From Acidobacteriaceae bacterium (lineage in GTDB: Bacteria; Acidobacteriota; Terriglobia; Terriglobales; Acidobacteriaceae): a stretch of 64,000 nucleotides of DNA. Location: positions 188 through 64,187 of the forward strand of contig DASZPF010000034.1 of the NCBI GenBank assembly GCA_035550395.1, in the 5' to 3' direction. A model generated the notes under the pieces. The model searched no databases. It saw nothing but the letters and a program-made list of their open reading frames with translations, and was not told the origin of the DNA. Made by a program: the position numbers and the translations under genes. Shown one piece after another: positions 20,359 through 31,153 of this stretch (the first letter of the stretch is position 1; the number at the start of each line of letters is the position of its first letter).

Positions 20359-21020
20359 GCCTTTACCGTCTCATTCTCGGTCTTTGGCACAAGGGAGACA
20401 AAGCTCTTTGTCTCCGGCGAGTAGGCCAGCAGGTCTCCCGCGTCAATGTCGAAGTACCAGCCATGCAGGTCCATCTCGCCGCGCTCGACGCGCTCGCGGA
20501 TCCACGGGAACGTCATCAGGTTCTGGAGCGAAAGCTCGATCGCGCCCTGCTCGCACGCACGGACCTGCTCCGGCTGTGGCCGATCGGCCAGTTCCCGCAG
20601 CACACGCTCCCGCACCGGCCGCGCGATGCTCACCCACGTCCCGATGAACTCGTAGTTGCTCGCTGAAATCCCCTCGCCATCCATCAGCGCCCGGATACCG
20701 CCACAACTGGAGTGGCCCAGAATGACGATATGCGAGACGTTCAGCCCTCTGATCGCGAACTCGATGTCCGCGCGGATGCCAGGCATCTGCGCGTCGTTGC
20801 GGTATACCGGCACCAGGTTGGCCACGTTGCGCACCACGAAGATGTCCCCGGGACCCGCGCCCATCAGCATTCCGGGATCGGCGCGCGAGTCGCAGCAGGA
20901 GATCACCAGAGTGCTTGGGCTCTGCCCCTGCCGCAAGCGCGCAAACAGGCTGGCGTCCCCTTCAAAGTACTTCGACTGGAAGCGTTCGAACCCAGCGACA
21001 AAATCGGAAATATCGGCCAC
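20355..21020 (-). CDS. Beta-class carbonic anhydrase
   Basis: CCDSR, RNVAN, GHSSCGG Zn motifs; GTG start with GGAGG. Confidence 0.95.
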   Translation of the reverse strand: MADISDFVAGFERFQSKYFEGDASLFARLRQGQSPSTLVISCCDSRADPGMLMGAGPGDIFVVRNVANLVPVYRNDAQMPGIRADIEFAIRGLNVSHIVILGHSSCGGIRALMDGEGISASNYEFIGTWVSIARPVRERVLRELADRPQPEQVRACEQGAIELSLQNLMTFPWIRERVERGEMDLHGWYFDIDAGDLLAYSPETKSFVSLVPKTENETVKA

Positions 21021-21136
21021 GTTTTCCTCCCTCTGGTCCGGGCGAAAGTCGCCTCCACCAGCATCGCATGAACGGCCTGTTTTGTGCCGCCCCCCGGCCT
21101 CTCCGCCGGCCTGCCCTCGTATATCATCGTAGGCTG

Positions 21137-22081
21137 ATGGAACCCCCTGTACGATCTCTGCTCTCTTCCGGCGTCACTCTCACGGACGCTGCTCTCGAAC
21201 GCCTTCTGCCATCGCCCGAAACTCCGCCTCACTCCATCCATCGCGCCATGCGGCACAGCACCTTCGCCGGCGGCAAACGCCTGCGGCCCATCCTTGCGAT
21301 GGAGGCTGCACGCATGACGGCGGGGGCCGGCGAGTTGCCTCCAGGCGTGGAAGACCTCGGCGCGGCCCTCGAGATGCTCCACACCTACTCGCTCATCCAC
21401 GATGATCTCCCCGCTCTCGACAACGACGACCTGCGCCGAGGCAAGCCCACCTGCCATGTCGCTTTTGGGGAAGCCATCGCCATCCTCGCCGGCGATGCCC
21501 TGCAGACCCTCGCCTTCCAGACTGTCGCGCGTCTGCGCACGTCGCCAGAACTTGTGGTCGCGATTCTGCGCGAGATCTCAACCGCTGTCGGTACTGGCGT
21601 TGGCCGGGCCGCAGGCATTGACACCGGCCTCGCACCCGGAATGATCGGCGGCCAGGTCGTCGACATCGAATCCGAGGGCATCACTCCAACCCCTGACCTC
21701 GTCGAGACCATCCATCGCGCAAAAACCGGCGCGCTGATCACCACCAGCATCGTCTCCGGCGCAATCTTTGGATCAGCCACCCGTCCCCTCTCCGCTGAGA
21801 ATCTCGCCCGCATTCGCGAGTTCGGCGAGAAGGCCGGCCTCGCCTTCCAGATCGTCGACGACGTGCTCGACATGACGCAGACCTCCGCCGAGCTGGGCAA
21901 GACCGCCGGCAAGGATACCGCCAGCGTCAAAGCTACGTGGCCGGCTGTCTTCGGAATTGAGCAATCCCGTCACGACGCCGCGGAGTTGATCGCCGACGCC
22001 TTCGCTGCCCTCGAACCCTTCGGCACGGCGGCTGTTCCGCTCAAGTCGCTGGCGCAGTATCTCGTCGATCGCACTTACTGA
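21137..22081 (+). CDS. ispA: Polyprenyl (farnesyl diphosphate) synthase
   Basis: GGKRLRP, SLIHDDLPALDNDDLRRG, AFQIVDD, GKTAGKD. Confidence 0.9.
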   Translation: MEPPVRSLLSSGVTLTDAALERLLPSPETPPHSIHRAMRHSTFAGGKRLRPILAMEAARMTAGAGELPPGVEDLGAALEMLHTYSLIHDDLPALDNDDLRRGKPTCHVAFGEAIAILAGDALQTLAFQTVARLRTSPELVVAILREISTAVGTGVGRAAGIDTGLAPGMIGGQVVDIESEGITPTPDLVETIHRAKTGALITTSIVSGAIFGSATRPLSAENLARIREFGEKAGLAFQIVDDVLDMTQTSAELGKTAGKDTASVKATWPAVFGIEQSRHDAAELIADAFAALEPFGTAAVPLKSLAQYLVDRTY

Positions 22082-22098
22082 CGCCCACCAAGTCCGCG

Positions 22099-25000
22099 TT
22101 ATACAGTCTCGGTGATCTTTTCTGTCTCTTTGGACATCGTCGCTGTGCGCTCCAGCTTGTCCCAGTTGAACGGCTTGCCGTCGATCGCCCGCTTTACCGT
22201 CTTGAACAGCACCACCGAGAACACCTGCCGATAAGTGAAGCGCTGGATCCAGATATGGAAGAGCAGCCAGCCGTCGCCTTTGCTCGCAGGATGCCGGCGC
22301 TCCAGCATAAAGGCCAGCGCCGATGCAGTGAAGTCGATGATCAGGAACGCCAGGAAGAAGGCCAGCAGCTTTTCGAAGCTCTGGGCCGAGGCGGCCTCAG
22401 GGTGGAAGTGCCGGTCATAGAAATAATTCGCCACGCCGGCGACAAACATCAGGTCAATCAGCGGCGAAACCAGCGGCAGCAGGATCTGGAATACGATCGT
22501 ATTGGGCAGCGCAAACAATCCCATCGCGCGCCGCTTGGTCACAGCCCCCAGGTGTTTGAACACCGCCTGCAGAATGCCGAAAGACCAGCGGAACCTCTGG
22601 CGCATCAGGCCGTTTACGTTCACCGGAGCCTCGGTAAATGCAAGCGCGCGGTCCTCATAAATCACTGAATAGCCCTGCTGCAGAAGATTCATCGTCAGGT
22701 CTGCGTCCTCCGCCACCGTGTTGGTGTGGTAACAGCCTCCTGCCTTCACGGCTGCAGTACGCCATGCGCCAATCGCTCCCGGCACCACCATTACCACATC
22801 GAAGAGATCCAGCGCTCGGCGCTCGAAGTTCTGGCTCGTGATGTACTCCAGCGCCTGCCATCGCGTCCACAGATTGACGCGGTTGCCTACCTTCGCATTT
22901 CCCGCCACCGCTCCAATCTTCGGATTGGCGAAGTGGGGAACCAGATTTGTGATGGCATCGTGGGCCACAACGCCGTCCGCGTCGATGCCGATATAGATCT
23001 CCTCGTCGACATGCTCCAGCCCAAAGTTCAGAGCGTCGGCCTTGCCGCCGTTCGGCTTGGTCAGCACGGTCAGCCGGCCCGAGGCAATCTCCGCCGGATA
23101 GGCCTCCATTGCCGCTCGATATGTGTTGTCGGTCGATCCATCGTCGATCACCACAATGCGCAGATTCTTGTAGTTCGACATCATGACGGATCGGATGGTG
23201 CGGATAATCACCTTCTCCTCGTTATATGCGGGAATCAGGACCGCAACCCGCGGAGCATAATCCGGCGTGGCGTAGTTCTTGCGCTTCCGCAACCGGTCGA
23301 TGATCGCGAAGACGCCGATGATAATCAACCGCGCGCTCATCAGGATGTCGCCGACAAAGAACACCGCAACCACAAAGTGGTTGAAGAAGGCCCACACCGC
23401 AAACGCAACCGAATCTACCCGCGCCTGCCAGATCTGCTTCTTCTTAAGCGGCGGCATCACCTCGGCACGGGTCTTTCCCATCAGCTCGGAGACCGGCACG
23501 ATCTTGTAGCCGTGCGCCCGCAGCGCATCAATCAGCACCGGCAGCGCCCGCACCGTGGCCGAGCGGTCCCCGCCACCGTCATGCAGCAGAATGATCGAGC
23601 CCTTCATCCACGGCTTGGACTGCGACATCGCAATCTGCTCGAAAACGCTGTCGACGATCTCCTGAGGGCTCTTCGGAGGGTTCTCGTCCCAGTCGTCGGT
23701 ATCGATCTTATTGCCGATAATGATGTAGCCAAGGTTCTGGATGCGATCGGCCGGGGCCGCCTGGTCGTTGGTGTCCGGCTCCTGGTCGATCGAATACGGC
23801 GGCCGGAAGTACAGCGGCTCCACGCCCAGCTCCGCCGCAAACAGCCGCTCCGTCAGGTTCAGCTCAAGGTCCACCGCCGGCCGGGAGATTTCGCTGATGT
23901 CCGGGTGGCTCCAGGTGTGGTTCCCGATCTCATGTCCGTCGCGGTACACCCGCTGCATCAGCCCTATGTTATTTTGCGCCTCCTCGCCGATCATGAAGAA
24001 GACCCCCGTGACATGCTTTTCATCCAGTATCTTCAGGATCTGCGGCGTCCATGTCGGGTCCGGGCCATCGTCAAAGCTGAGCGCGACCTCGTTGGGGTGA
24101 TAGCCGGTCTGCGTCACGGTATAGGAAAGCGGGTACTTGTCCATCGTCTCGTCCGTAATCGAGCGATAGCCGGGCAGAATCGAGTCATCGTCGTCCATCG
24201 TTACCGTGCGGTGGCCCGTCTGCATCTTGCGCGTGATGTTCAGAATGTCCCCATAGCCCTCTGTATCGACGTCGTAGCCGGGCACGACCTGCGCCAGGTC
24301 CTTCACCGGATCGGCCTGGATCGGCCGGTCCCAGATGTTCCACAGCGAATTGTCCTCCTGCCCCAGGCGCCACAGCGCGAAGGTCTCAATGCCCAGGGCG
24401 CGCGCCGCACGCATCTCGTTCAGCACGGTCACCGCATCCAGAAACCAGACCTGATGGCGCACATGCGCATCATCGTCGTCATAGGCAAAATGCGCATTGA
24501 GCGAATCGGAGTCCAGTTGCACCTCCGCTTCGGAATCCACCGCGGCCTGCCATGCCTCCTGCGTGGAGATCTCCTGCACGTTTAGCGTCTTGGGCTCCTG
24601 CTGTTTTCTTCCTCTCTTCACCGGCGGAGGAATCGTCGTCGTCCAGTCGTATCCGTAGCTGCCTATGGCGCAGATCGCCTTCTCCTTGGGAACCACCTTC
24701 AATACGTTCTTCAGGTTCTCGACAAACCAGTCCTGGGCCGCAATGGGTCCGGGACCGCTTCCTGTCTGGTGCTGGTCGTAGTTCATCAGCAGCAGGCCGT
24801 CGGAGTGGTCGGCCATGTACTTCAGGTCGAAGTCGTCATCGCCTACAGGCGTATTCACCCAAAGCTTTAGATCTCGCCCAGGCGCATGAAAGTCCCCATA
24901 GATCTCGGCCAGCAGCGCCATGTAGCCCTGTTGCGCCTCGCTCGGAATCTCCTCGAAGTCCAGAGAGATGCCCCGGTAGCTGGGATTGGCCGCAAGAAAA

Positions 25001-25647
25001 CGGTCCAGCTGGCGGATAAAATTCGCGCGCGCCGTTGGGTCGGTCAGAAATGCCCCGATCGACGGCAACCACTCGTTCTTGACCGGATCGTAGTTGTTCA
25101 CCAGCGGAAAGATCTCCGCCGGCGTCGGATCGTCCGCCACAGACTGGATAACCCCGGCCACCCGGTTCTCGTGGTCCACGGGACGCACGGTGCCTCCGTC
25201 CACCACGTCGAACGGCCGGTTATCCAGGCTGTAGGAGGTCAATGTGCCGTCCGCCGTCACCACATGAAGCCATTCGGGAAAGAGCAGGTCAATCTGCCGG
25301 ATGTGCTGGCGCAGCGAGGAATAACTTGCCGGGTCATCCTCCACGTAATACGCCGCGCGTAGCCCCTCGCCTGAATTCAGGATCACGTCGGACGGCTTCA
25401 GGTCCGTCCTGCGATGTCCTGTCCGGCTTGGCTTCTTCGCATTCCGTACAGTGCTGCGCTCTACCGGCAGCGGACTATATCGCCGCTTCGGAGAGTTCAG
25501 CAGCAGTTCCGGCAACGGCGTCATCTTTACCAGACTGACCGCAAAAATAACCCCAACCACCACGCCGACGATGGCAAGCACGTCAAAAACGCGCCGCAGT
25601 CGCTTCCAGCGCTTGCGTTGAGGATCGTAAAAGACCTGCTTGGTCAT
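22099..25647 (-). CDS. Trifunctional GH18-like / CE4 polysaccharide deacetylase / GT2 processive synthase fusion
   Basis: ISLDFE and MNYD (GH18); FDDGP, HTWSH, RPPY, LLHD (CE4); PAYNE, DDGS, DAD, AED, QRFRW (GT2). Confidence 0.9.
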   Translation of the reverse strand: MTKQVFYDPQRKRWKRLRRVFDVLAIVGVVVGVIFAVSLVKMTPLPELLLNSPKRRYSPLPVERSTVRNAKKPSRTGHRRTDLKPSDVILNSGEGLRAAYYVEDDPASYSSLRQHIRQIDLLFPEWLHVVTADGTLTSYSLDNRPFDVVDGGTVRPVDHENRVAGVIQSVADDPTPAEIFPLVNNYDPVKNEWLPSIGAFLTDPTARANFIRQLDRFLAANPSYRGISLDFEEIPSEAQQGYMALLAEIYGDFHAPGRDLKLWVNTPVGDDDFDLKYMADHSDGLLLMNYDQHQTGSGPGPIAAQDWFVENLKNVLKVVPKEKAICAIGSYGYDWTTTIPPPVKRGRKQQEPKTLNVQEISTQEAWQAAVDSEAEVQLDSDSLNAHFAYDDDDAHVRHQVWFLDAVTVLNEMRAARALGIETFALWRLGQEDNSLWNIWDRPIQADPVKDLAQVVPGYDVDTEGYGDILNITRKMQTGHRTVTMDDDDSILPGYRSITDETMDKYPLSYTVTQTGYHPNEVALSFDDGPDPTWTPQILKILDEKHVTGVFFMIGEEAQNNIGLMQRVYRDGHEIGNHTWSHPDISEISRPAVDLELNLTERLFAAELGVEPLYFRPPYSIDQEPDTNDQAAPADRIQNLGYIIIGNKIDTDDWDENPPKSPQEIVDSVFEQIAMSQSKPWMKGSIILLHDGGGDRSATVRALPVLIDALRAHGYKIVPVSELMGKTRAEVMPPLKKKQIWQARVDSVAFAVWAFFNHFVVAVFFVGDILMSARLIIIGVFAIIDRLRKRKNYATPDYAPRVAVLIPAYNEEKVIIRTIRSVMMSNYKNLRIVVIDDGSTDNTYRAAMEAYPAEIASGRLTVLTKPNGGKADALNFGLEHVDEEIYIGIDADGVVAHDAITNLVPHFANPKIGAVAGNAKVGNRVNLWTRWQALEYITSQNFERRALDLFDVVMVVPGAIGAWRTAAVKAGGCYHTNTVAEDADLTMNLLQQGYSVIYEDRALAFTEAPVNVNGLMRQRFRWSFGILQAVFKHLGAVTKRRAMGLFALPNTIVFQILLPLVSPLIDLMFVAGVANYFYDRHFHPEAASAQSFEKLLAFFLAFLIIDFTASALAFMLERRHPASKGDGWLLFHIWIQRFTYRQVFSVVLFKTVKRAIDGKPFNWDKLERTATMSKETEKITETV

Positions 25648-25847
25648 ATCTGTCTCAGGGTGCCGCGCTCCGCGGCATCTCTTCACCGCCGCGCACTCTC
25701 AGTAGTGAGCACGCCCCGCAAAAGGCCGCTCTGCGCCATGTCTATCGTAATGCAGTCGGCACAGCGCGAGTCAACGGACCTGCTGTCTGTCAGACTCCCG
25801 GTAAACGCATTTCGTTTTTGCCACGTCCCAAGCCGGTATGATGCTGC

Positions 25848-27326
25848 ATGATGAACCTGCGGAAGCGCTTCTGGCTTATGGCCGGTGTGGCAATCACAAT
25901 CGGACTTGCGCTGCGCCTGTGGTTCATTCACCACTACGCCCTCATCACCGGCGACAGCCTGCTCTACGGTGACATCGCCAAAAACTGGCTCCAGCACGGC
26001 GTCTACGGCTTCAGTGATATCAATGCCGCCGGCATTGCCACCGTACGCCCCACCCTCATCCGCCTTCCCGGCTATCCGCTCTTCCTTGCCGCCTGCTTCC
26101 GCCTCTTTGGCCTGGAGCACTACACCGCGGTCCTGTATGTGCAGGCGGCGATTGACCTGGCCACCTGTTGCCTGCTCGCCGCGCTGGCAGGAAGGCTCTT
26201 CGGACACCGTGCTGCCATGGCCGTCCTGTGGCTCGCGGCGCTCTGCCCCTTCACCGCCGGCTACACTGCCGCACCTCTCACGGAGACGCTCACCCTCAGC
26301 GCAATGGCGCTGGCCTTCTACGCCTTCGTGCGCTGGTGGCAATCTGGATGCGGCATTAACCGCTGGATATGGCTCCTCGGCTTGGTCCTGGGCTGGTCTG
26401 TTCTCCTGCGTCCGGAACAGGGCCTTCTCTGGATCGCACTTCTTCCCGCTGCATGGCTGGCCGCAGGCAAAATACGCGGCCAGCCACTCTCCACACCATC
26501 GGCCGCCTCACCTGTTCTCATCACCGCGCTCTGCGCCGTCCTTCCGCTCGTCCCTTGGACCGCTCGCAACTGGCACACCTTCCATATCCTCCAGCCGCTC
26601 GCGCCGCGCAATGCCGTCGACCCCGGCGAGCTCGACCCTGTTGGCTTCAACCGCTGGTTCCGAACCTGGGGAATCGAGTTCCAATCCACAGAGCAGATCT
26701 ACTGGAACTACAGCGGCTTCCCCATTCAACTCAACGACCTTCCTCTACGCGCCTTTGACGCCGGCTCGCCCGGTGCCACCGCCGCGCTTCACGCCCAAAC
26801 TGCCGCCCTCCTCGCCGACTACAACAAAACCACCCTCGTCACGCCGCAGATCGACGCGCGCTTCGCCGCCCTCGCCCGCATCCGCATCAGCGCGCATCCA
26901 GTGCTCTACTACATTGGTCTCCCCCTCGCCCGGCTGCTCGACATGGCCCTGCGCCCTCGCACCGAACTCCTGCCCACTCCCCTCGACTGGTGGCGCTGGC
27001 GCATCTATCACGGTCAGACCGTCTTTGCTGCCACCTATGCCGCACTGAATCTCATTTACCTCGCGCTTGGCGTTGGCGGCTTTCTCGTCTGGCAGCGCCG
27101 CCGCTGGCGCGCCGCAGACTCAGCTGCGCATAATATGCGCCCTTTTGCGCTGGCCCTGGCTGCAACTGTCCTGCTCCGCGCTCTTCTCCTCCTCGCACTC
27201 GACAACTCTGAGCCCCGCTATACGCTCGAGTTCTTTCCCGTTGCGCTCATCTTCGCAGGCGCCCTCTTCGCTTCTCCGCGAACAACCTCAGTCCGTTCCG
27301 GCACATCAGGCACCCCCGCGAGATAA
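25848..27326 (+). CDS. GT-C fold glycosyltransferase (GT39/ArnT-like)
   Basis: GDSLLY..IA, RLPGYPLFL, LTETL, LLRP, EPRY; multi-TM. Confidence 0.8.
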   Translation: MMNLRKRFWLMAGVAITIGLALRLWFIHHYALITGDSLLYGDIAKNWLQHGVYGFSDINAAGIATVRPTLIRLPGYPLFLAACFRLFGLEHYTAVLYVQAAIDLATCCLLAALAGRLFGHRAAMAVLWLAALCPFTAGYTAAPLTETLTLSAMALAFYAFVRWWQSGCGINRWIWLLGLVLGWSVLLRPEQGLLWIALLPAAWLAAGKIRGQPLSTPSAASPVLITALCAVLPLVPWTARNWHTFHILQPLAPRNAVDPGELDPVGFNRWFRTWGIEFQSTEQIYWNYSGFPIQLNDLPLRAFDAGSPGATAALHAQTAALLADYNKTTLVTPQIDARFAALARIRISAHPVLYYIGLPLARLLDMALRPRTELLPTPLDWWRWRIYHGQTVFAATYAALNLIYLALGVGGFLVWQRRRWRAADSAAHNMRPFALALAATVLLRALLLLALDNSEPRYTLEFFPVALIFAGALFASPRTTSVRSGTSGTPAR

Positions 27327-27333
27327 TAGGCCG

Positions 27334-28389
27334 ATGCCCTTTCGCTCCGGATTCGTCTCTATCATCGGTCGGCCCAACGCCGGCAAATCCACACTGTTGA
27401 ACGCGCTGCTCGGCCAGAAGCTCGCCATCGTCACGCACAAGCCTCAGACAACACGCACCCGCATCCACGGTGTACTCGAGGTTCCGGCAAGAAAGAAGAC
27501 GAAGACCACGCTCGGCCATCCTGCCGCCCAGGTCGTGCTCGTTGACACGCCTGGCGTGCACAAGCCTTCGACACAGCTGGACCGCCGCATGATGCAGGAG
27601 GTCACCGACGCATTGGAATCGCGCGACGTCGTGCTCTTCATCGTGGACGTCACCCACAGGCTGCCGCAGTCCGACAAAGCTGCTTCTACGCCGCATCGAA
27701 TCACCGGGCGCATGGCGCTCAGCGCCGCCGAGGACGACTTCGCCCTCTCGCTCGTCAGGCGCCTGGATTGCCCCGTCATCCTTGTGCTCAACAAGATCGA
27801 TGCCGTGCGCAAAGAGGAACTGCTCCCTCTCATCGCTCACTGGAGCGCCCAGCACACCTTCGCAGAGGTGGTCCCTATCTCCGCGCGAAAGAAGGAGGGC
27901 CTCAATCTTCTGCTCGAAAAGATCGTCGCGCTGCTCCCCGAAGGGGAGCGCTACTTCCCGCGCGATCAGGTCACCGATCAGCCGGAGCGTTTCCTTGCCG
28001 CTGAACTGGTCCGCGAAAAGATCCTCCTGCTCACAGGAGAAGAAGTGCCTTACGCCTCAGCGGTGGTCATTGAGCGCTTCGAGGAGCCGGGGGCAAGAAC
28101 GAAGAAGACCTCCGGCGGAAAGCTGCCCGTCACAAAGATCTCGGCGGCGATCTTCTGCGAGCGCGCAGGGCAGAAGGCGATCCTCATCGGCAAGCAGGGC
28201 GCCATGCTCAAGCAGATCGGCACCGCTGCCCGCAAGGAGATCGAGTCTCTTCTCGGCACCCGCGTCTTCCTCGAACTCTTCGTCAAGGTGCAGGCGGAGT
28301 GGCGCTCCAGCCGCGGCTTCGTCGAAGAACTCGATTGGCGCCGCCAGCTCGAAGAACTCGCAACAAGGCAGCAGAACAAGGAAACCTAG
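27334..28389 (+). CDS. era: GTPase Era
   Basis: GRPNAGKST, QTTR, DTPG, NKID, EEVPY, KH-domain IGKQG. Confidence 0.97.
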   Translation: MPFRSGFVSIIGRPNAGKSTLLNALLGQKLAIVTHKPQTTRTRIHGVLEVPARKKTKTTLGHPAAQVVLVDTPGVHKPSTQLDRRMMQEVTDALESRDVVLFIVDVTHRLPQSDKAASTPHRITGRMALSAAEDDFALSLVRRLDCPVILVLNKIDAVRKEELLPLIAHWSAQHTFAEVVPISARKKEGLNLLLEKIVALLPEGERYFPRDQVTDQPERFLAAELVREKILLLTGEEVPYASAVVIERFEEPGARTKKTSGGKLPVTKISAAIFCERAGQKAILIGKQGAMLKQIGTAARKEIESLLGTRVFLELFVKVQAEWRSSRGFVEELDWRRQLEELATRQQNKET

Positions 28390-28408
28390 AGGCCCGCACG
28401 GTTGGGCG

Positions 28409-29737
28409 TCAGATCTCGATGGCCAGCGGCTCGGGAGTGCCCAGCGGGCACCGCGGATCGACCGTGAGCCAGGACAGCGCACCGAGCACGGCCAGCCCCG
28501 CCGCAGCTCCAAACGATGCTCCCCAGCCGAAATGTGCCGCCAGTAATGGCGTCAGCGAGGCGGTCACGGCACCGCCGATCTGTCCTCCCATGTTCACAAT
28601 GCCCGTCACCACGCTGGTGAACTCGCCGGCAACGTCCGCGCACACGGCCCAGTAGCTGGACTGCGCCAGATAGAGTGCGCCGGCTCCGCCCGCCAGCAGT
28701 ACAGCAGCAGCGCCCGGTTTGTGCGCAGCCGATCCCGCAAGCAGCAACGCCGCTGTTAGCGCAAACGCGACCGTCGGCAATCCACAACGCCCGGCACGCA
28801 ACCCGAACCGCACCGCAATCCAGTCGCAGATGGCTCCGCCTGACAGAGAGCCGATGGTCATCCCTAGAAATGGCAGCATGGTGTACAGAGCGCTCGCCTT
28901 CAGGTTCACCCCGCGCACCTGCGCCATATAGGTGTACATCCATGCGAAAAAGATCCACGCCACGTATCCGTAGCTGAAGTAGCTGGCAAGCATCGCCAGC
29001 ACCGAACGACTGCGCACGATCTGCGCCCAGGGTACCGACCATCGATGACCTGCTGGGCCGTTCTCGCTTGCGTGCATCGCGCGTCGCTCGCGCAGAATGA
29101 GGGTGCGCTCTCTTTCGCCGGCCAATGGATGCTGCTCCGGCGTATCACGCGCAGCGATGTACCAGACAAGCCCTGCAATCGCTCCGGCCGCAGCGCTCAG
29201 CAGGAACGACACGCGCCAGCCGTGATGCAGAAGAATCGCAGTGACCACAGGCGGCGTCAGCATCGAACCCAGGCCGACTCCCGCAAAGATGATGCCGTTG
29301 GCGCGCCCCCGCTCCTGGATCGGAAACCAGCGCTCTACAAACTGGCTGGTAGCGGGATACATCACCGCCTCTCCCACGCCGAGGGTGAAGCGGATCAGCA
29401 CCAGCAGCACCAGAGCATTCGTGGCATGGACCCCGATTGCCGCGGTAAGCGCAATGAACACGCCCCACCACGCGCCCAGCAGCGCCAGGGAGCGGCGCGG
29501 ACCGAGCCTCCGTGCCAGCAGGCCCGCGGGAATCTGGAACGCCGCGTAGCCGACAAGGAATGCGCTGAAGACCCACCCCATGCGCACGTTGTCGATCGAA
29601 AACTCGCGGCCTATCGCAATTCGCGCAATGGAGATGTTCGTGCGATCCACATAAGCCAGCGCGCTCAGCCCTGCCAGCCATAGCACCAGCAGATAGCGCA
29701 TCGCCACGCCGCGCGGCTTGTCGCCCTCAACCTCCAT
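28409..29737 (-). CDS. MFS transporter, anion:cation symporter (sugar-acid) type
   Basis: YVDRTNISIA, WFPIQERGRANG, DTPEQHP. Confidence 0.9.
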   Translation of the reverse strand: MEVEGDKPRGVAMRYLLVLWLAGLSALAYVDRTNISIARIAIGREFSIDNVRMGWVFSAFLVGYAAFQIPAGLLARRLGPRRSLALLGAWWGVFIALTAAIGVHATNALVLLVLIRFTLGVGEAVMYPATSQFVERWFPIQERGRANGIIFAGVGLGSMLTPPVVTAILLHHGWRVSFLLSAAAGAIAGLVWYIAARDTPEQHPLAGERERTLILRERRAMHASENGPAGHRWSVPWAQIVRSRSVLAMLASYFSYGYVAWIFFAWMYTYMAQVRGVNLKASALYTMLPFLGMTIGSLSGGAICDWIAVRFGLRAGRCGLPTVAFALTAALLLAGSAAHKPGAAAVLLAGGAGALYLAQSSYWAVCADVAGEFTSVVTGIVNMGGQIGGAVTASLTPLLAAHFGWGASFGAAAGLAVLGALSWLTVDPRCPLGTPEPLAIEI

Positions 29738-31140
29738 CAGCGATCGATCCGCTTCGTAACTTTATCCAGCTCCGCCCGGTTGATCGGGTAGCCGAGCCCC
29801 GGCTCCGTCGGCGCGTGCACATATCCGTCCTTGTCCGGCCGGAACTTGTAGTCGAAGTATGGATGGTCGCTCAGGCTCGGCGGATATGGCATCTCGAACC
29901 ACATGGCGTTGGGCAGCGCCAGTTCCAGGTGGAAGTGCAGCGCAAGGTCCAGTGTGTTCCCCCAGTTGTGCGGCGTGCACTCCAGTCCAAAGGCATCCGC
30001 CAACAGCCCCACGCGCATCGATCCGCTGATGCCGCCGGTATTGTCCGCGATCAGCCGCACCACGTCCAGCGCCCCGCGCGAGATGTATCCCGCGAAGTCC
30101 GAGATGGAGTAGAGAAACTCGCCCACGTGCAGCGGCAGGTCCAGCGCCGCAGCCAGCTCGATCAGTCCCTCTTCGTCCGTTGTGCGGATGGGGTCCTCAA
30201 ACCACGCGTAGTCCAGCTCGTCCAGCAGCCGGCCAACTTTCACCGCCTCATAGCGGTTGTACTGCTGCACCGGATCGTGCGCCAGCATGAACTCATCTCC
30301 CGCCGCCGCGCGCACCTGCTTGATGATCTCCATGTGCCCGATGTAGCCCTGGATCGCAACCTTTGAGTCGCGATGCTCCCCTGGCCCGGGATGGATCTTG
30401 TATCCCTTGAAGCCGTCGGCCTTTACCTTCACCACCTCCGGCGCGTAGTCCTCAATCGCCGGGTGGTGTGTGGAACTCGCATACGCCATGATCTTGTCCT
30501 TGGTGCCGCCGCAGCCGCCGCTCAGCAGCTTGTACACCGGCTGGTTCACGACCTTGCCCAGGATGTCCCACAGGCAGACGTCCGCGGCCGCTGCGTACCA
30601 GTTTGGCCAGGAACCGCCCGCTTCTGTCATCAGCCCGCTGCCGTTCAGCGCATCCGTATCGAATGCCGACCCGTGGCCCACACCCGGCGCACGATGGAAC
30701 GTCTGCCCACCATTCCACCGCGGCCCTGTCTGTCCCGGCGGAACATAAGGCTCGCCGTTGAATCCATATGTCCCGCGCAGCCCGGAGGTAGAACAAAGCG
30801 TCGGCAGCACATCCATCACGTTCTTGCCCACCAGCGTCGGCTTGGCCCATTCCAGCCAGTTTGGGGTCGCATTGCGATTGCCCAGCGTGTAGTTCCCCTC
30901 AAGGCCGCCCTCCGTCACGATGCCCACTAACTCGCCACGCTCTCCATTCAAGCTGTGGTAGCTGCCCAGATCGGTGTGATATACACGCACCTCTCGGATC
31001 GTGAGGTTGGGAAGGTCCGCAGGCTTCACTCCAACCGCCTGCGCAGCCGCACGCCCGGGATTTGCAATGGCCGCCAGCCCGGCCGCCGCCGTTACCGACC
31101 CGCTCAGGAACTCGCGCCGCGATGGTCTCTTCCTCTGCAT
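29737..31140 (-). CDS. Mandelate racemase/muconate lactonizing (enolase superfamily) enzyme with Tat signal
   Basis: SRREFL Tat motif; LWDILGK, YKIH, HDP, WFEDP, GEF, PHNW, PGLG. Confidence 0.85.
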   Translation of the reverse strand: MQRKRPSRREFLSGSVTAAAGLAAIANPGRAAAQAVGVKPADLPNLTIREVRVYHTDLGSYHSLNGERGELVGIVTEGGLEGNYTLGNRNATPNWLEWAKPTLVGKNVMDVLPTLCSTSGLRGTYGFNGEPYVPPGQTGPRWNGGQTFHRAPGVGHGSAFDTDALNGSGLMTEAGGSWPNWYAAAADVCLWDILGKVVNQPVYKLLSGGCGGTKDKIMAYASSTHHPAIEDYAPEVVKVKADGFKGYKIHPGPGEHRDSKVAIQGYIGHMEIIKQVRAAAGDEFMLAHDPVQQYNRYEAVKVGRLLDELDYAWFEDPIRTTDEEGLIELAAALDLPLHVGEFLYSISDFAGYISRGALDVVRLIADNTGGISGSMRVGLLADAFGLECTPHNWGNTLDLALHFHLELALPNAMWFEMPYPPSLSDHPYFDYKFRPDKDGYVHAPTEPGLGYPINRAELDKVTKRIDR

Positions 31141-31153
31141 CTTTCCTTCTCCC

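Noticed and set aside
22726-24585. 619-aa + ORF
   Set aside because: Antisense to the well-supported GH18-CE4-GT2 gene
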